From Gemmatimonadota bacterium (GTDB lineage Bacteria > Gemmatimonadota > Gemmatimonadetes > Gemmatimonadales > GWC2-71-9): a DNA stretch of 64,000 bases. Below, in pieces: positions 48,965 through 59,309 of the stretch. The translations under genes were made by a program, and so were the position numbers. Each line of letters starts with the position of its first letter. The first letter of the stretch is position 1. The stretch lies in contig JBDHKN010000032.1 in the NCBI GenBank assembly GCA_039586365.1, forward strand, positions 1 to 64,000, given 5' to 3'. Below the pieces are notes generated by a model that did no database searches, was not told where the DNA came from, and worked only from the letters and a program-made list of their open reading frames with translations.

Positions 48965-49936
48965 GTGACAAATGAGAATAAAGAGAAGCTCGACTATGAT
49001 GTCATAATCGTGGGCGCTGGTCCCGCCGGGTTGTGCGCCGGCCTGTACGCGGGGCGCGGGATGCTCAATGCGGTGATCATCGAGCGAGGCCTGCCAGGAG
49101 GGGAGTTGCTCAACACCGAACGGATAGAGGACTTCATCGGTTTTGAGAGCATCATGGGTCGGGACCTCGCACAGAAGATGGCGGACCATGCCAAGAAATT
49201 CGGTGCCCAGATCGTGACCGACACAGTATATACAATCGCGAAGCTGGACAGCGGTGATTTCGAGGTCACTACAGCGCAGGGCAAGAAATATCATGCGCCA
49301 GCGGTGATCCTCACGGCTGGGGGAACTCCCGTAAAGCTCAACGTCCCGGGGGAGCAGGAACTCGCTGGCAAAGGGGTCTCCTACTGCGCCGTATGTGACG
49401 GAGCGTTCTTCAGGGACGAGACCATTGCCGTGGTCGGAGGTGGTGACGCGGCAGCTGAAGAGGCCGACTATCTGACGAAGTATGCCGCAAAGGTGTACAT
49501 CGTGCACCGCCGCGACCAGCTGCGCGCCTCCCAGATTCTGCAGAATCGAGTGTTCAACAATCCCAAGATCGAGTTGATTTGGAACAAAGTGGTTGAGGAG
49601 ATCGAGGGTGACGGGCGAGGAGTCAGTAGACTCAGGTTGAATGACACCGTGACCGGGGAAGTTTCCACACTACCCGTTACCGGTGTATTCGTGTTTATCG
49701 GTTTCCGACCCAACAGCGATCTGATAAAGGGACACTTCGATCACGACGAGCAGGGTTATGTGAAGACAGACTGGCAGATGAGAACTTCGATCGAGGGTTT
49801 GTGGGCAGCGGGTGATCTGAGGGTGCAGTTGACTCGGCAGATTACAACAGCGGTGGGAGACGGCACCACCGCGGCAATCTCGGTCGAGAAGTTCCTTTCT
49901 GAGAGGAAGGACAAGGCAGGAACCAGTGCTACCTGA
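48965..49936 (+). CDS. trxB: Thioredoxin-disulfide reductase
   Basis: GAGPAG, GVSYCAVCDG, VGGGDAA, HRRD, AAGD. Confidence 0.95.
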   Translation: MTNENKEKLDYDVIIVGAGPAGLCAGLYAGRGMLNAVIIERGLPGGELLNTERIEDFIGFESIMGRDLAQKMADHAKKFGAQIVTDTVYTIAKLDSGDFEVTTAQGKKYHAPAVILTAGGTPVKLNVPGEQELAGKGVSYCAVCDGAFFRDETIAVVGGGDAAAEEADYLTKYAAKVYIVHRRDQLRASQILQNRVFNNPKIELIWNKVVEEIEGDGRGVSRLRLNDTVTGEVSTLPVTGVFVFIGFRPNSDLIKGHFDHDEQGYVKTDWQMRTSIEGLWAAGDLRVQLTRQITTAVGDGTTAAISVEKFLSERKDKAGTSAT

Positions 49937-50570
49937 GATCATCTGTCTCACCAATGGGATGTTTCAGGAGAATTGCTACATTATCGCCGATCCTGAGACA
50001 CAGGATGCGGTGATCGTGGATCCGGGTGAGGAAGAAGATCTCTTCCTCAACCGCATCTCCTACGAGAAGTTGACGTTGCGTGCGATCTGGCTCACGCATG
50101 CGCACCTGGACCATGTACTCGGCGTGAAGCGGATGGCCGCTGAGACCGGCGTCCCGATCCATCTCCACCCGGCTGATCGTCCACTATACGACAGAGCCCA
50201 GCAGCAGGGGGCCAACTATGGAATTCAGCTCGAGACTCTTCCACCGCCCAGCTGTGAGCTGATCCACGGAGACGAACTGTCGATCGGCCGTTGTAGCTTC
50301 GCAGTCCGTCACGTTCCCGGCCACAGTCCCGGTGGCGTCGCGTTCGTGGGTCACGGGGTGGTGATATGTGGTGATGCTCTGTTCGCAGGGTCCATTGGCC
50401 GAACCGATCTGCCGGGTGGGGATTACGCAACCCTGCTGACCAGCATACGAGAGCAGCTACTCACCCTGCCGGACGAAACGATCGTCTATTCCGGGCATGG
50501 CCCCGCGACCACGATTGGAACTGAGCGGGAGACGAATCCGTTTCTCACTGCAGCGAATCGATTTGGATAG
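49926..50570 (+). CDS. MBL-fold metallo-hydrolase (glyoxalase II-like)
   Basis: THAHLDH, PGHSPG, GDALFAGSIGRTD, GHG. Confidence 0.92.
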   Translation: MLPEIICLTNGMFQENCYIIADPETQDAVIVDPGEEEDLFLNRISYEKLTLRAIWLTHAHLDHVLGVKRMAAETGVPIHLHPADRPLYDRAQQQGANYGIQLETLPPPSCELIHGDELSIGRCSFAVRHVPGHSPGGVAFVGHGVVICGDALFAGSIGRTDLPGGDYATLLTSIREQLLTLPDETIVYSGHGPATTIGTERETNPFLTAANRFG

Positions 50571-50690
50571 GTACCAATTGACAAGTGGCCAGGAGTGCCG
50601 TGAGCGGTCACCGGCAAACAGCAGGATTGGCTCCCGCTCTCCGCTCCCCGCTCCCGCCCCACAATACACGTACAACCTGCCGGAGATCTG

Positions 50691-51251
50691 ATGACTCATC
50701 CGCGCGTCCGTCCCCGTGACCCTGAAGAGGTAGCACCGGAAGTCCGCAGCATCTTCGAGGTGTTTCTGAAAGAGCGGGGGAACGTCCCCAACATGTTCCG
50801 TACAGTGGGGGCGCTGCCAAAGCACTTGACGACCATGATCACCCACTTCCGAACGGTCATGAACGAAGGTGAAGTGCCGCCGCTACTCAAGGAGCTGATC
50901 GCGATTCGGGTCTCATCGATCAATCACTGCAAGTACTGACTGGCCTCGCATACCGCCTTGGCAAGGCGACTCGGAGCAAGGGAAGAGTGGATAGCGGCAG
51001 TCCGTCCGGAGACTCCGGAGCGTGAGGATGCGGGGTCCGGTTCTGAGGAAGGATTGGAACCGGGTTGGAGGGCAGCGCTCAGGTATGCTGAGTTGGTGAC
51101 GGATAGCGGACATGCAGTTGGAGACCGGGACTACGAGGGACTGTCGCAACATTGGGGTGATGCCCACATCCTCGAGATCACGTTGGTGGCTGGACTATTC
51201 AGCTACTTCAACCGGGTCAACGATGCGTTGCGAGTGGAGGTCACCAAATGA
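50691..51251 (+). CDS. AhpD/carboxymuconolactone decarboxylase family peroxidase, probable selenoprotein (UGA at 50937-50939)
   Basis: KELIAIRVSSINHCKY-TGA-LASH continues in frame to FNRVNDAL; hairpin CGCCTT-GGC-AAGGCG starts 15 nt after UGA. Confidence 0.85.
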
Positions 51252-52648
51252 GCGGGACTCGAATAGAGCGGGATCCTCTGGGAGATATGCCCGTTCCCAC
51301 CGTGGCGCTGTATGGAATTCAGACGCTTCGCGCCATACGGAATTTCGCCGTATCGCAGCTGAAACCGCTGCCGGCTTTCGTGGATGGAATTGTGTGGGTC
51401 AAGAAGGCTGCGGCCCTCACACACAAATCGACTGGCAGACTGGACGCCCAGCGGGCCGACGCCATAGTGGCTGCGGCAGACGAGGTGCTGGGTGGACAGC
51501 ACCGTGACCAATTCGTCGTGGACCCCTATCAGGCGGGGGCCGGCACTAGCCACAACATGAATGCCAACGAGGTGCTGGCGAACCGGGCGAACGAGATGCT
51601 GGGTGGGCAGCGCGGCAAGTACGAGCCGGTGCATCCGAACGACCATGTCAACATGGCCCAGAGCACCAACGACTCGATACCGACTGCCATCCGGCTGGCA
51701 TGTCTTGCGCAGCTCGTGAAGTTGCTGGCCAACATGCGAATCCTGGCTAACGCTTTCACCGACCGGGGTAAGGCTTTCGATGACATAGTGAAGGTTGGGC
51801 GTACTCACCTGCAGGACGCTACGCCGATCCGTCTGGGTCAGGAACTCGCTGCGTTCGGTGAATCGGTGGATCGCAGCATGCGGCGTCTCAAGACGGCATC
51901 CGATTGGCTGAGAGACCTCAACATCGGCGGCTCAGCCGTCGGGACGGGCCTCAACGTGGAGCCGGAATACCCGAGTTTGATGGTCGGGCATCTCGCAGAG
52001 ATCACGGGACTCGAGTTACGAGAAAGTGAGAATAGAATCCAGCTCATGCAATCGATGGGTGACTTCGCTGCTTTCAGCGGCGTGGTTGCGAGCTATGCAG
52101 TCGACTTGGGTAAGATAGCCAGCGACATCAGACTGCTTTCGTCGGGTCCGCGGACTGGGCTGGCCGAGCTGCGGCTGCCACCGGTGCAGCCGGGGTCCAG
52201 TATCATGCCCGGCAAGGTGAATCCCAGTATCGCCGAGATGGTCAACATGGTCTGCTACCAGGCGATCGGGAACGATCATGTAGTAGCAATGGCTGCGGAA
52301 GCGGGAGAACTTGAGCTGAACGTCATGATGCCGGTCATCGCTCATAACTTGTTGTTCACCATGGAGATACTCTCTGCCGCAAGCGTGACGCTGGCAGATC
52401 GCTGCGTGGCAGGAATGGAGGCGGACGCGGAGCAGTGTGCGTACTGGTTGGAGCGCAGCCCCGCAATAGTCACAGCTCTCGCTCCCAGGATTGGATACGC
52501 ACGTGCAGCGGAGTTGGCCAAGGAGGCGGTCGAGAGGGGGGTGACGGTGCGATCGTTGGTGGCTGAGAAAGGGCTGCTTCCACCGGAGGACATCGAGAAG
52601 GTGCTAGATCTAAGAGCGATGACGGAGATTGGGATCCCGGGACGATAG
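51248..52648 (+). CDS. aspA: Aspartate ammonia-lyase / class II fumarase
   Basis: GAGTSHNMNANE, HPNDHVN, GRTHLQDA, GSSIMPGKVNP. Confidence 0.85.
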   Translation: MSGTRIERDPLGDMPVPTVALYGIQTLRAIRNFAVSQLKPLPAFVDGIVWVKKAAALTHKSTGRLDAQRADAIVAAADEVLGGQHRDQFVVDPYQAGAGTSHNMNANEVLANRANEMLGGQRGKYEPVHPNDHVNMAQSTNDSIPTAIRLACLAQLVKLLANMRILANAFTDRGKAFDDIVKVGRTHLQDATPIRLGQELAAFGESVDRSMRRLKTASDWLRDLNIGGSAVGTGLNVEPEYPSLMVGHLAEITGLELRESENRIQLMQSMGDFAAFSGVVASYAVDLGKIASDIRLLSSGPRTGLAELRLPPVQPGSSIMPGKVNPSIAEMVNMVCYQAIGNDHVVAMAAEAGELELNVMMPVIAHNLLFTMEILSAASVTLADRCVAGMEADAEQCAYWLERSPAIVTALAPRIGYARAAELAKEAVERGVTVRSLVAEKGLLPPEDIEKVLDLRAMTEIGIPGR

Positions 52649-52683
52649 CAGCGGCCTTGCTCCGGATAGCGGAGGAACTGCCT

Positions 52684-53844
52684 GTGTCAGAAGCTTCACG
52701 AGATCAACTAGCGGATCTCACTCATCAGGAACTCAGAAGGTACGCTCGCCACCTTTCGATCCCCAATATCGGTCCTGCTGGGCAGAGCAAATTGAAGGCG
52801 GCACGTGTGCTACTGATCGGAGTTGGAGGCCTGGGCTCTCCCACATCGCTCTATCTGGCCGCGGCAGGTATAGGGACCCTCGGGTTGGTGGACTTTGATG
52901 TCGTGGATGACACTAATCTCCAGCGGCAGATCATCCACGGCACCGGTGCAGTGGGTGTGTCCAAGTTGGAGTCAGCTGAGGTGCGCCTAAACGATCTCAA
53001 TCCTCACGTCGCGATAGAGAAATTCGAGACGAGACTATCCTCGGAAAACGCACTTGAGATCTTCCGTCAGTTCGATCTGGTGGTCGACGGATCGGACAAC
53101 TTCCCCACGCGCTACTTGGTCAACGACGCTTGTGTGTTGTCGCGCAGACCGAACGTATACGGTTCCGTCTTCAGGTTTGAAGGACAGGCATCGGTATTTG
53201 CATTGCCGCAGGGACCCTGCTATCGCTGTCTGTTCCAAGAGCCTCCACCGCCAGGCTTGGTCCCGTCCTGTGCTGAAGCTGGGATCCTAGGAGTCGTTCC
53301 GGGGATTATCGGGAGTATTCAAGCACTCGAAGTGATCAAGCTTGTCTTGGGCTGCGGTGACCCGCTCGTTGGTAGGCTGCTGCTGTTCGACGCGCTGGTG
53401 CCAAGTTTCCGCGAACTGCGACTACGCAAAGATCCCGACTGCCCGGTTTGCGGCGACCGGCCGACTGTTCGCGAACTCATAGACTACGAGTTGTTCTGCA
53501 GCGCCGGTGAGGAGCAGGATCGCCAACAACTCGAGATCTCCGCAGCTGATCTGTCTGCCAGGCTCGCTCAAGCTGACCCGCCACTCCTGGTCGATGTGCG
53601 AGAGCCTTATGAGGTTCAAATATGCAGTATTGCGGGGTCACTCCACATTCCTCTGGGCTCGCTGCGTGACCGGATCGACGAACCGGACAGCAGTCGCGAG
53701 ATAGTCACGGTCTGCCACCTCGGCGTGCGATCATTCCTCGCTCTGGAGATCCTCAGGGCGGCTGGATTCCCGAGCGTCCGCAGCCTGAAGGGCGGAGTCG
53801 AGGCGTGGGCCGATCAGGTGGATCCGGCAATGGCCCGCTACTGA
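52684..53844 (+). CDS. moeB: Molybdopterin-synthase adenylyltransferase MoeB with C-terminal rhodanese domain
   Basis: RYARH, GVGGLG, NLQRQ, CYRC, CPVC, VDVRE...CHLGVRS. Confidence 0.93.
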   Translation: MSEASRDQLADLTHQELRRYARHLSIPNIGPAGQSKLKAARVLLIGVGGLGSPTSLYLAAAGIGTLGLVDFDVVDDTNLQRQIIHGTGAVGVSKLESAEVRLNDLNPHVAIEKFETRLSSENALEIFRQFDLVVDGSDNFPTRYLVNDACVLSRRPNVYGSVFRFEGQASVFALPQGPCYRCLFQEPPPPGLVPSCAEAGILGVVPGIIGSIQALEVIKLVLGCGDPLVGRLLLFDALVPSFRELRLRKDPDCPVCGDRPTVRELIDYELFCSAGEEQDRQQLEISAADLSARLAQADPPLLVDVREPYEVQICSIAGSLHIPLGSLRDRIDEPDSSREIVTVCHLGVRSFLALEILRAAGFPSVRSLKGGVEAWADQVDPAMARY

Positions 53845-53849
53845 GGGCG

Positions 53850-53961
53850 AAAGGCGGTAAAGGCAGTACATAGTGGTGAAGTCGGCAAACGCGAAGCGGC
53901 GTACCGACCGTCGTCAGTATGCCGCTTGCCAAACCGCCTTCGACCGCCCTTTACCGCCTTT
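53850..53961. repeat. Nested inverted repeat between the convergent moeB and tRNA-Leu genes
   Basis: AAAGGCGGTAAAGG (53850-53863) / CCTTTACCGCCTTT (53948-53961); inner AAGCGGCGTAC / GTATGCCGCTT. Confidence 0.65.
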
Positions 53962-53968
53962 TCACCAG

Positions 53969-54052
53969 TGCCGAAGGGGGGATTCGAACCCCCACGGGCA
54001 TATGCCCACTGCGCCCTGAACGCAGCGCGTCTACCAGTTCCACCACTTCGGC
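53969..54052 (-). tRNA. tRNA-Leu(CAG), CCA not encoded
   Basis: GCCGAAG/CTTCGGC acceptor stem, CTGCG-TTCAGGG-CGCAG anticodon arm, long variable arm, GGTTCGAATCC. Confidence 0.97.
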
Positions 54053-54154
54053 AGGAACTTACTGTACTGCCGGCGTATAATAGACGGCAGGATGAAGGCA
54101 CGTCAAGGCTTAGCTTGACCGCCCGGAAGTGGTTTTCTATCTTGGACTTAGCTT

Positions 54155-54634
54155 GTGTCGCAGAGTTCTGAAACGGAGGCTCCACTACGCCAGGTGGTAG
54201 CCTCCAATCGCAAGGCTCGTCACGACTACCACATCGAAGCGACGTGGGAAGCGGGCTTGGTGCTGACGGGGACCGAGATCAAATCGGTTCGTGCCGGGAA
54301 GGTCAGCTTGAAAGGTGCCTACGGGGTGATACGAAAGGGAGAGCTTTGGTTGGAGGGAGTCAACATAGCCGCATACGACTCAGCCGGGTACACCAATCAC
54401 GATCCCGAGCGTCCGCGCAAGCTCCTGATGCATCGCCGCGAGATCCGACGTTTGATTGGCGCTCTGGAGCAACGCGGTCTCACTCTCATTCCTCTCGAAA
54501 TGCATCTCTCGGGGGGGTGGGCCAAGGTCACGGTGGCGCTATGTCGGGGCAAGAAGCTCCACGACAAGAGGGAAGACATCAAGCGGCGTGATGCGGACAG
54601 GGAAGCGGCACGCGCGATGGGACGCCGACGGTGA
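54155..54634 (+). CDS. smpB: SsrA-binding protein
   Basis: NRKARHDY, EAGLVLTGTEIKS, RKLLMH, GKKLHDKR. Confidence 0.97.
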   Translation: MSQSSETEAPLRQVVASNRKARHDYHIEATWEAGLVLTGTEIKSVRAGKVSLKGAYGVIRKGELWLEGVNIAAYDSAGYTNHDPERPRKLLMHRREIRRLIGALEQRGLTLIPLEMHLSGGWAKVTVALCRGKKLHDKREDIKRRDADREAARAMGRRR

Positions 54635-55854
54635 GGCTGCTCTCGTTCGGACTGGTCGTTTTGTTGGGATCATGGAGTGGACGTCCCAGTTCACCCGTTC
54701 CTGCCTCCATTGTCGTTGCTACGACGCGGGGAGAGGCTACTGTGCCGGTGTCCGCAGAGCGCGGACACCCGGCTGTGGCGGTGCCGGTGCTGGGTCGCGT
54801 CCTGCCGGTCAACGGCGCCGTCGACGGAGATTGGGCCGTGGTGGCGTTCGCGGACCAGCCGTTTCGCTTTCTCTTGGACGGCGCCGTGTTCGTTTACCAG
54901 GGTCGTGTCGTTCCCCTTGTCGGCGGAGCATACGTGGCTCGCGACACGATTTTCGTGCCGCTCCAGTGGCTCACCGGTGTGATCCCGCGGATTTTCCATG
55001 AAGGCTATCGTTACGACCCCTATGCGGGCCGTTTCGAAGAGGCGCGTCTGACACCGGTCCTGGCAACTCCGGTTCCCCAACCCACAGCCCGCTACTCGGC
55101 GCCTAGACCGGGCAGTGCCGCTGCTCGCAGCGGTTTCCGGATGACACACAAGGTTGTCGTGGACCCGGGTCATGGAGGGGCGGACCCAGGCAATCCCGGG
55201 CGTTATCTGCCAAGAAACGTCAAAGAGAAGCACATCACGCTCGCAATAGCCACTCGGCTGCGGGACGCCTTGGAGCGGAAAGGAATTGAGGTCGTCCTGA
55301 CGCGCACTGCAGACGCAACCGTCAAGCTGGCGAATCGGGCCCCCATGTGCACTCACGAGTGCGACCTGTTCGTGAGCGTTCACGTAAACAGCCTGAATCC
55401 GACGCCGGGGTATGAGAATGTCAGCGGTCTCCAGACGTATTTCCTGAATGAGGCCCGTACAGCAGAGGCACAGCGGGTGGCACAGATGGAGAACGACGCG
55501 CTACGCTATGAGCCGGAGGAGGCGATTTCCGACGACGATCCACTGGCTTTCATCTACAAGGACTTGCACACCAACGAGTACCTCAGGGAATCGGCGTCGT
55601 TGGCGGACCTGGTTCAGGAAGCCGGTGCCAAGGTGCATCCAGGCAGGAATCGAGGTGTCTCGCAGGCACCGTTCACTGTTCTGAACGCCGCCCGCCGCCC
55701 GGCGATCTTGGTAGAGACCGGTTTCGCCACTAACCGCAGCGACGCGGCTTTCCTTTCGTCCGCGACCGGTCAGCAGCGGCTTGCGGAAGCGCTGGCCGCT
55801 GGGATCGAATTATACCTCCACCGCTACGAGGACAAGGTACTGGCTGGAAGATGA
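54631..55854 (+). CDS. N-acetylmuramoyl-L-alanine amidase (Amidase_3)
   Basis: VVDPGHGGADPG, EK, FVSVHVN, ILVETGF. Confidence 0.93.
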   Translation: MRLLSFGLVVLLGSWSGRPSSPVPASIVVATTRGEATVPVSAERGHPAVAVPVLGRVLPVNGAVDGDWAVVAFADQPFRFLLDGAVFVYQGRVVPLVGGAYVARDTIFVPLQWLTGVIPRIFHEGYRYDPYAGRFEEARLTPVLATPVPQPTARYSAPRPGSAAARSGFRMTHKVVVDPGHGGADPGNPGRYLPRNVKEKHITLAIATRLRDALERKGIEVVLTRTADATVKLANRAPMCTHECDLFVSVHVNSLNPTPGYENVSGLQTYFLNEARTAEAQRVAQMENDALRYEPEEAISDDDPLAFIYKDLHTNEYLRESASLADLVQEAGAKVHPGRNRGVSQAPFTVLNAARRPAILVETGFATNRSDAAFLSSATGQQRLAEALAAGIELYLHRYEDKVLAGR

Positions 55855-57224
55855 GGTGCCAGAGCGTCCTGTTGCTCGGAGCCTTCGCAGCGGGGGCGTT
55901 TGGGGGCTGTGCCTATTTCAATGGTCTCTACAACGCCAACCAGCTCGTCAAAGAGGCGCACAAAGCGGAACGCGAGGGCCGCATCGGGGAGGCGCACTCG
56001 TTGTGGTCACAGGCGGCTGTGAAGGCCGAGTCGGTCGCCACCCAGTACCCCAACAGCAGATACCGGGACGATGCACTGCTACTGCAAGGCCTGGCGCTCG
56101 CTGCCAGTGAACAGTGTGTGCGAGCGATCACACCACTGAGACAAGCCATCGAGTTCACCTCTGACTCTGTCACATTTCTCAGCGCCACGCTGCAGCTTGG
56201 GCGCTGTCACTGTGAGACTGGTGAATATGGTTCGGCAATAGAAGCACTCACTCCACTCGTGGATTATCACGACACATTGTGGGCACAGCCGGCGAGGCTT
56301 TGGCGGGGGCGAGCGCTGCTGGCGGTAGGAGCATATGAGCTCGCGCTGGCCGACTTCGGTGCAGTGAGCGGGGTAGCTGCTGCATTTGACAAGGCCGTTG
56401 CGTTCACTCGGTTGGCACGCCCAGAATCTGCTAGGTCAGCACTCGTGGCACGAATCGAGTCAGCTTACGGCGAGCATGCGTGGCTTCAGATCCTGGATAC
56501 CCTGGGCCATTCGTACCCAGATGTGGCATCATCGTTGGTTGATCTAGTCCTGCAACGGAGCGAGCTGACGCCGAGTCAGCGCGCACGGCTCCTGCTCGGC
56601 GACGGACTGCGATGGGTTGCACGCAACAGGTGGGCAGACGCCGTCAATCGATTTGAGCAGGTGCAAGCTGCCGGCTCGGATTCAACCGCGGCGCGCATTG
56701 CCAAGGTGCAGCGGATCCTGGCACGAGCGAGGATGACAGCTGATCTCGGTGAACTCGTTTGGCTGGCAGATTCGCTGGAGCAGGCGGTACTCGAGGGTGG
56801 CACTGAGACGAGTTGGGGAGAGCGTTCAGTGCTGGCTCTGCGGAGTGGCGCGGACGCTGTCGCCATGACGCGGGACGGGCAGGTCACTCAAGGTGACACA
56901 GCGACTGATCAGCGCGATCTGGAGGTGTTCTTGGTTGCAGAAGGATTACGGGACATAGTCCTAGCACCGCGCCTCGCCGCCGTTCTGTTCCGCCGGCTCC
57001 AGGTCGTATTTCCCCAGTCGGCAATCGCGCCCAAGGCGTTGATAGCCGCGGCGGTGTTGGACCCAGCCAGGTCCGATTCACTGCTGGCGGTGGCGCAAAC
57101 TGAGTATCCGACCTCACCCTACACACTGGCACTGCAGGGAATAGTGGGGGACGAGTATACGGTCTTAGAAGACTCGCTGAGAACACTGCTCGCTCGACGG
57201 CAGAGCAAACCGAGGGAACAGTGA
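55851..57224 (+). CDS. TPR-like lipoprotein
   Basis: GGCAYFNGLYNA lipobox; Ala/Leu-rich helical repeats. Confidence 0.7.
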   Translation: MRCQSVLLLGAFAAGAFGGCAYFNGLYNANQLVKEAHKAEREGRIGEAHSLWSQAAVKAESVATQYPNSRYRDDALLLQGLALAASEQCVRAITPLRQAIEFTSDSVTFLSATLQLGRCHCETGEYGSAIEALTPLVDYHDTLWAQPARLWRGRALLAVGAYELALADFGAVSGVAAAFDKAVAFTRLARPESARSALVARIESAYGEHAWLQILDTLGHSYPDVASSLVDLVLQRSELTPSQRARLLLGDGLRWVARNRWADAVNRFEQVQAAGSDSTAARIAKVQRILARARMTADLGELVWLADSLEQAVLEGGTETSWGERSVLALRSGADAVAMTRDGQVTQGDTATDQRDLEVFLVAEGLRDIVLAPRLAAVLFRRLQVVFPQSAIAPKALIAAAVLDPARSDSLLAVAQTEYPTSPYTLALQGIVGDEYTVLEDSLRTLLARRQSKPREQ

Positions 57225-58105
57225 AGCTCAGAAGCGGGCCGATATCGGTATTTGACACGACCTTCCAGAACCCAATCCTACTTGCTGCAGGAACAGCGGG
57301 ATTTGGCAGGGAGGTGGCCGGCGTCATTGACCTGGATCGGCTGGGTGGAATCGTGACCAAGGCAGTCAGCGTGGAACCGCGGCCTGGTCACGCGGCTCCG
57401 CGTCTGGCCGAATTCGCCGGCGGCATGATGAACGCGGTCGGACTAGCGAATCCAGGGATAGATTTCGTGGCAGAGACTGCGCTGCCCTGGTTGGAACAGC
57501 ATCTGACGATAGCTCGTGTGATTGTCAACGTGGTCGGTTTGAGTGTAGAGCGCTTTGCGCAGGTGGTGGCACGGCTTGATGAGCGCTCAGTGGTCACTGC
57601 TTTTGAGCTCAACGTCTCGTGCCCGAACACCGAAAGGGGGAACAAAGAATTCGCGACTGACATGGGCGTATTGACTGATCTAGTCAAACGGTGTCGCGGT
57701 TGCACCAGCAAGGCACTGATAGTCAAGTTGGCGCCCAATCAGCCTGATCTGGAGGGAACGGCTGAGGTTTGTGCGGCTGCCGGAGCGGACGGGTTTGCGC
57801 TGGTCAACACCATTCCGGGTACGCTGTTTCGGCTACCCGACCATGATGACCTGCCTGCTACCAGACTCGGCTTCGGTAGAGGCGGAATAAGCGGGCCCGC
57901 GCTGTTGCCGGTGGGAGTGCTCGCGACCTGTCGCGTCCATAAGAGAACGGGACTCCCCATCGTGGGGCTTGGAGGGGTCAGGACGATCGAGGATGTAGAT
58001 CAGTATTTGGTGGCCGGAGCGTCTTTGGTGGGCGTCGGCACGGCCGCCATGGCCGATCCCAGGGTACCGCACCGGCTGGCGGCGGCCTGGAGTGCACGTG
58101 GCTGA
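57221..58105 (+). CDS. pyrD: Dihydroorotate dehydrogenase, family 1
   Basis: NAVGLANPG, ELNVSCPN, VKLAPN, GGISGP. Confidence 0.93.
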   Translation: MKLRSGPISVFDTTFQNPILLAAGTAGFGREVAGVIDLDRLGGIVTKAVSVEPRPGHAAPRLAEFAGGMMNAVGLANPGIDFVAETALPWLEQHLTIARVIVNVVGLSVERFAQVVARLDERSVVTAFELNVSCPNTERGNKEFATDMGVLTDLVKRCRGCTSKALIVKLAPNQPDLEGTAEVCAAAGADGFALVNTIPGTLFRLPDHDDLPATRLGFGRGGISGPALLPVGVLATCRVHKRTGLPIVGLGGVRTIEDVDQYLVAGASLVGVGTAAMADPRVPHRLAAAWSARG

Positions 58106-58778
58106 GCTGATTGTCGCGCTGGATCTCGAGTCCACCACCCTGGCCTTACGGCTCGTGGATGATCTACCTGGACTCGAGTGGGCCAAGATCGGGCCGATGC
58201 TGTTCGTCCAGGATGGAACCGGATTGGTCCGGGAGCTCAAGGCGAGGGGGATCAGCGTCTTTCTTGATCTCAAGTGGCACGATATCCCCAATTCCGTGGC
58301 CGGAGCGGTCCGGTCAGCGGCTGACCTTGGGGTGGATTTGGTTACGGTGCATGCCTTGGGTGGTCCCGACATGGTAGCGGCTGCGCGAGCGGCAAGCGGG
58401 GGCGTTAGGATCGCTGCCGTCACGGTCTTGACAGCGCACTCTGCAACGGCGTACTGGGATATCTTGGGTCGGGTGGGGTCTCAGGGACTCGGTAGTGAGG
58501 TAACCCGTCTGGCAGGCATGGCCGTCGCTGCGGGGGCGCATGCCGTGGTATCTTCTCCCTGGGAGGTGGCGGCCCTGAGGGCAGTGCTGGGACCGGAGCC
58601 ATGGATTGTGGTCCCGGGAATCAGGCCGGTCGGGGCGGCTCTTGAAGACCAACAGCGAACTGCTGATCCAGCCACTGCGGTTCGGGCCGGAGCTACGCAC
58701 TTGGTGGTCGGGCGCCCGATCACTCGAGCCAAATGCCCGGCTGAGGTGTACGAGGGTATCAGGAGAGAAATGAGGTGA
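58098..58778 (+). CDS. pyrF: Orotidine-5'-phosphate decarboxylase
   Basis: FLDLKWHDIPNSV, VPGIRP, VVGRPI. Confidence 0.95.
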   Translation: MAELIVALDLESTTLALRLVDDLPGLEWAKIGPMLFVQDGTGLVRELKARGISVFLDLKWHDIPNSVAGAVRSAADLGVDLVTVHALGGPDMVAAARAASGGVRIAAVTVLTAHSATAYWDILGRVGSQGLGSEVTRLAGMAVAAGAHAVVSSPWEVAALRAVLGPEPWIVVPGIRPVGAALEDQQRTADPATAVRAGATHLVVGRPITRAKCPAEVYEGIRREMR

Positions 58779-58782
58779 GTAG

Positions 58783-59238
58783 GTGGCAGACACGTCCGTT
58801 CCGAGGCTAAACTGCACTGCCGCCCCCACGAGGGCGATCCTGATTGTGGGTTGGCTATTGTGGTCCCACGCACTGTTTGCTCAGTCTGAGCTCAGTCAGG
58901 CAGTTGCAGCGGCTCAGGACGCCTGGCTTGGCCATCGAGTAGCCGACCTGCTATCGGGTAGCGACACCGTACGGCTTCGTATTCCGGGCATCGCGCCCTC
59001 AGCCTCGCTGCGACCGAGTCAGGCAACGAAGCTTCTCGAGCAATACCTCAGAATGGCCGAGGAGCGGGACTTCTCGCTGCGCGACATCAAGGAAGTCGCC
59101 GCTGGTCACGCATATGCCGAATTACGGCGGGTTTACGTGGTTAAGGGTACCTCGGAACAGAGAGAGGAAACCGTGTTCCTGGGCTTCCGACGGATAGCTG
59201 ACACGTGGCGTCTCAGGGAGGTGCGTGTCTCGCCGTAA
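58783..59238 (+). CDS. Hypothetical exported protein
   Basis: Signal peptide-like N-terminus; co-oriented directly after pyrF. Confidence 0.6.
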   Translation: MADTSVPRLNCTAAPTRAILIVGWLLWSHALFAQSELSQAVAAAQDAWLGHRVADLLSGSDTVRLRIPGIAPSASLRPSQATKLLEQYLRMAEERDFSLRDIKEVAAGHAYAELRRVYVVKGTSEQREETVFLGFRRIADTWRLREVRVSP

Positions 59239-59309
59239 ATCCTCACTTGCGCAGCATTTACGTCCCATCTATATTCCAAGGCTGTTGAGATTCTGACCGG
59301 GGTCTGGCC

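Noticed and set aside
50631..50662. C-rich CTCCCGC-like repeats before the AhpD gene (similar CCCCA run near 6004-6026)
   Set aside because: Too short and low in complexity to assign a function.
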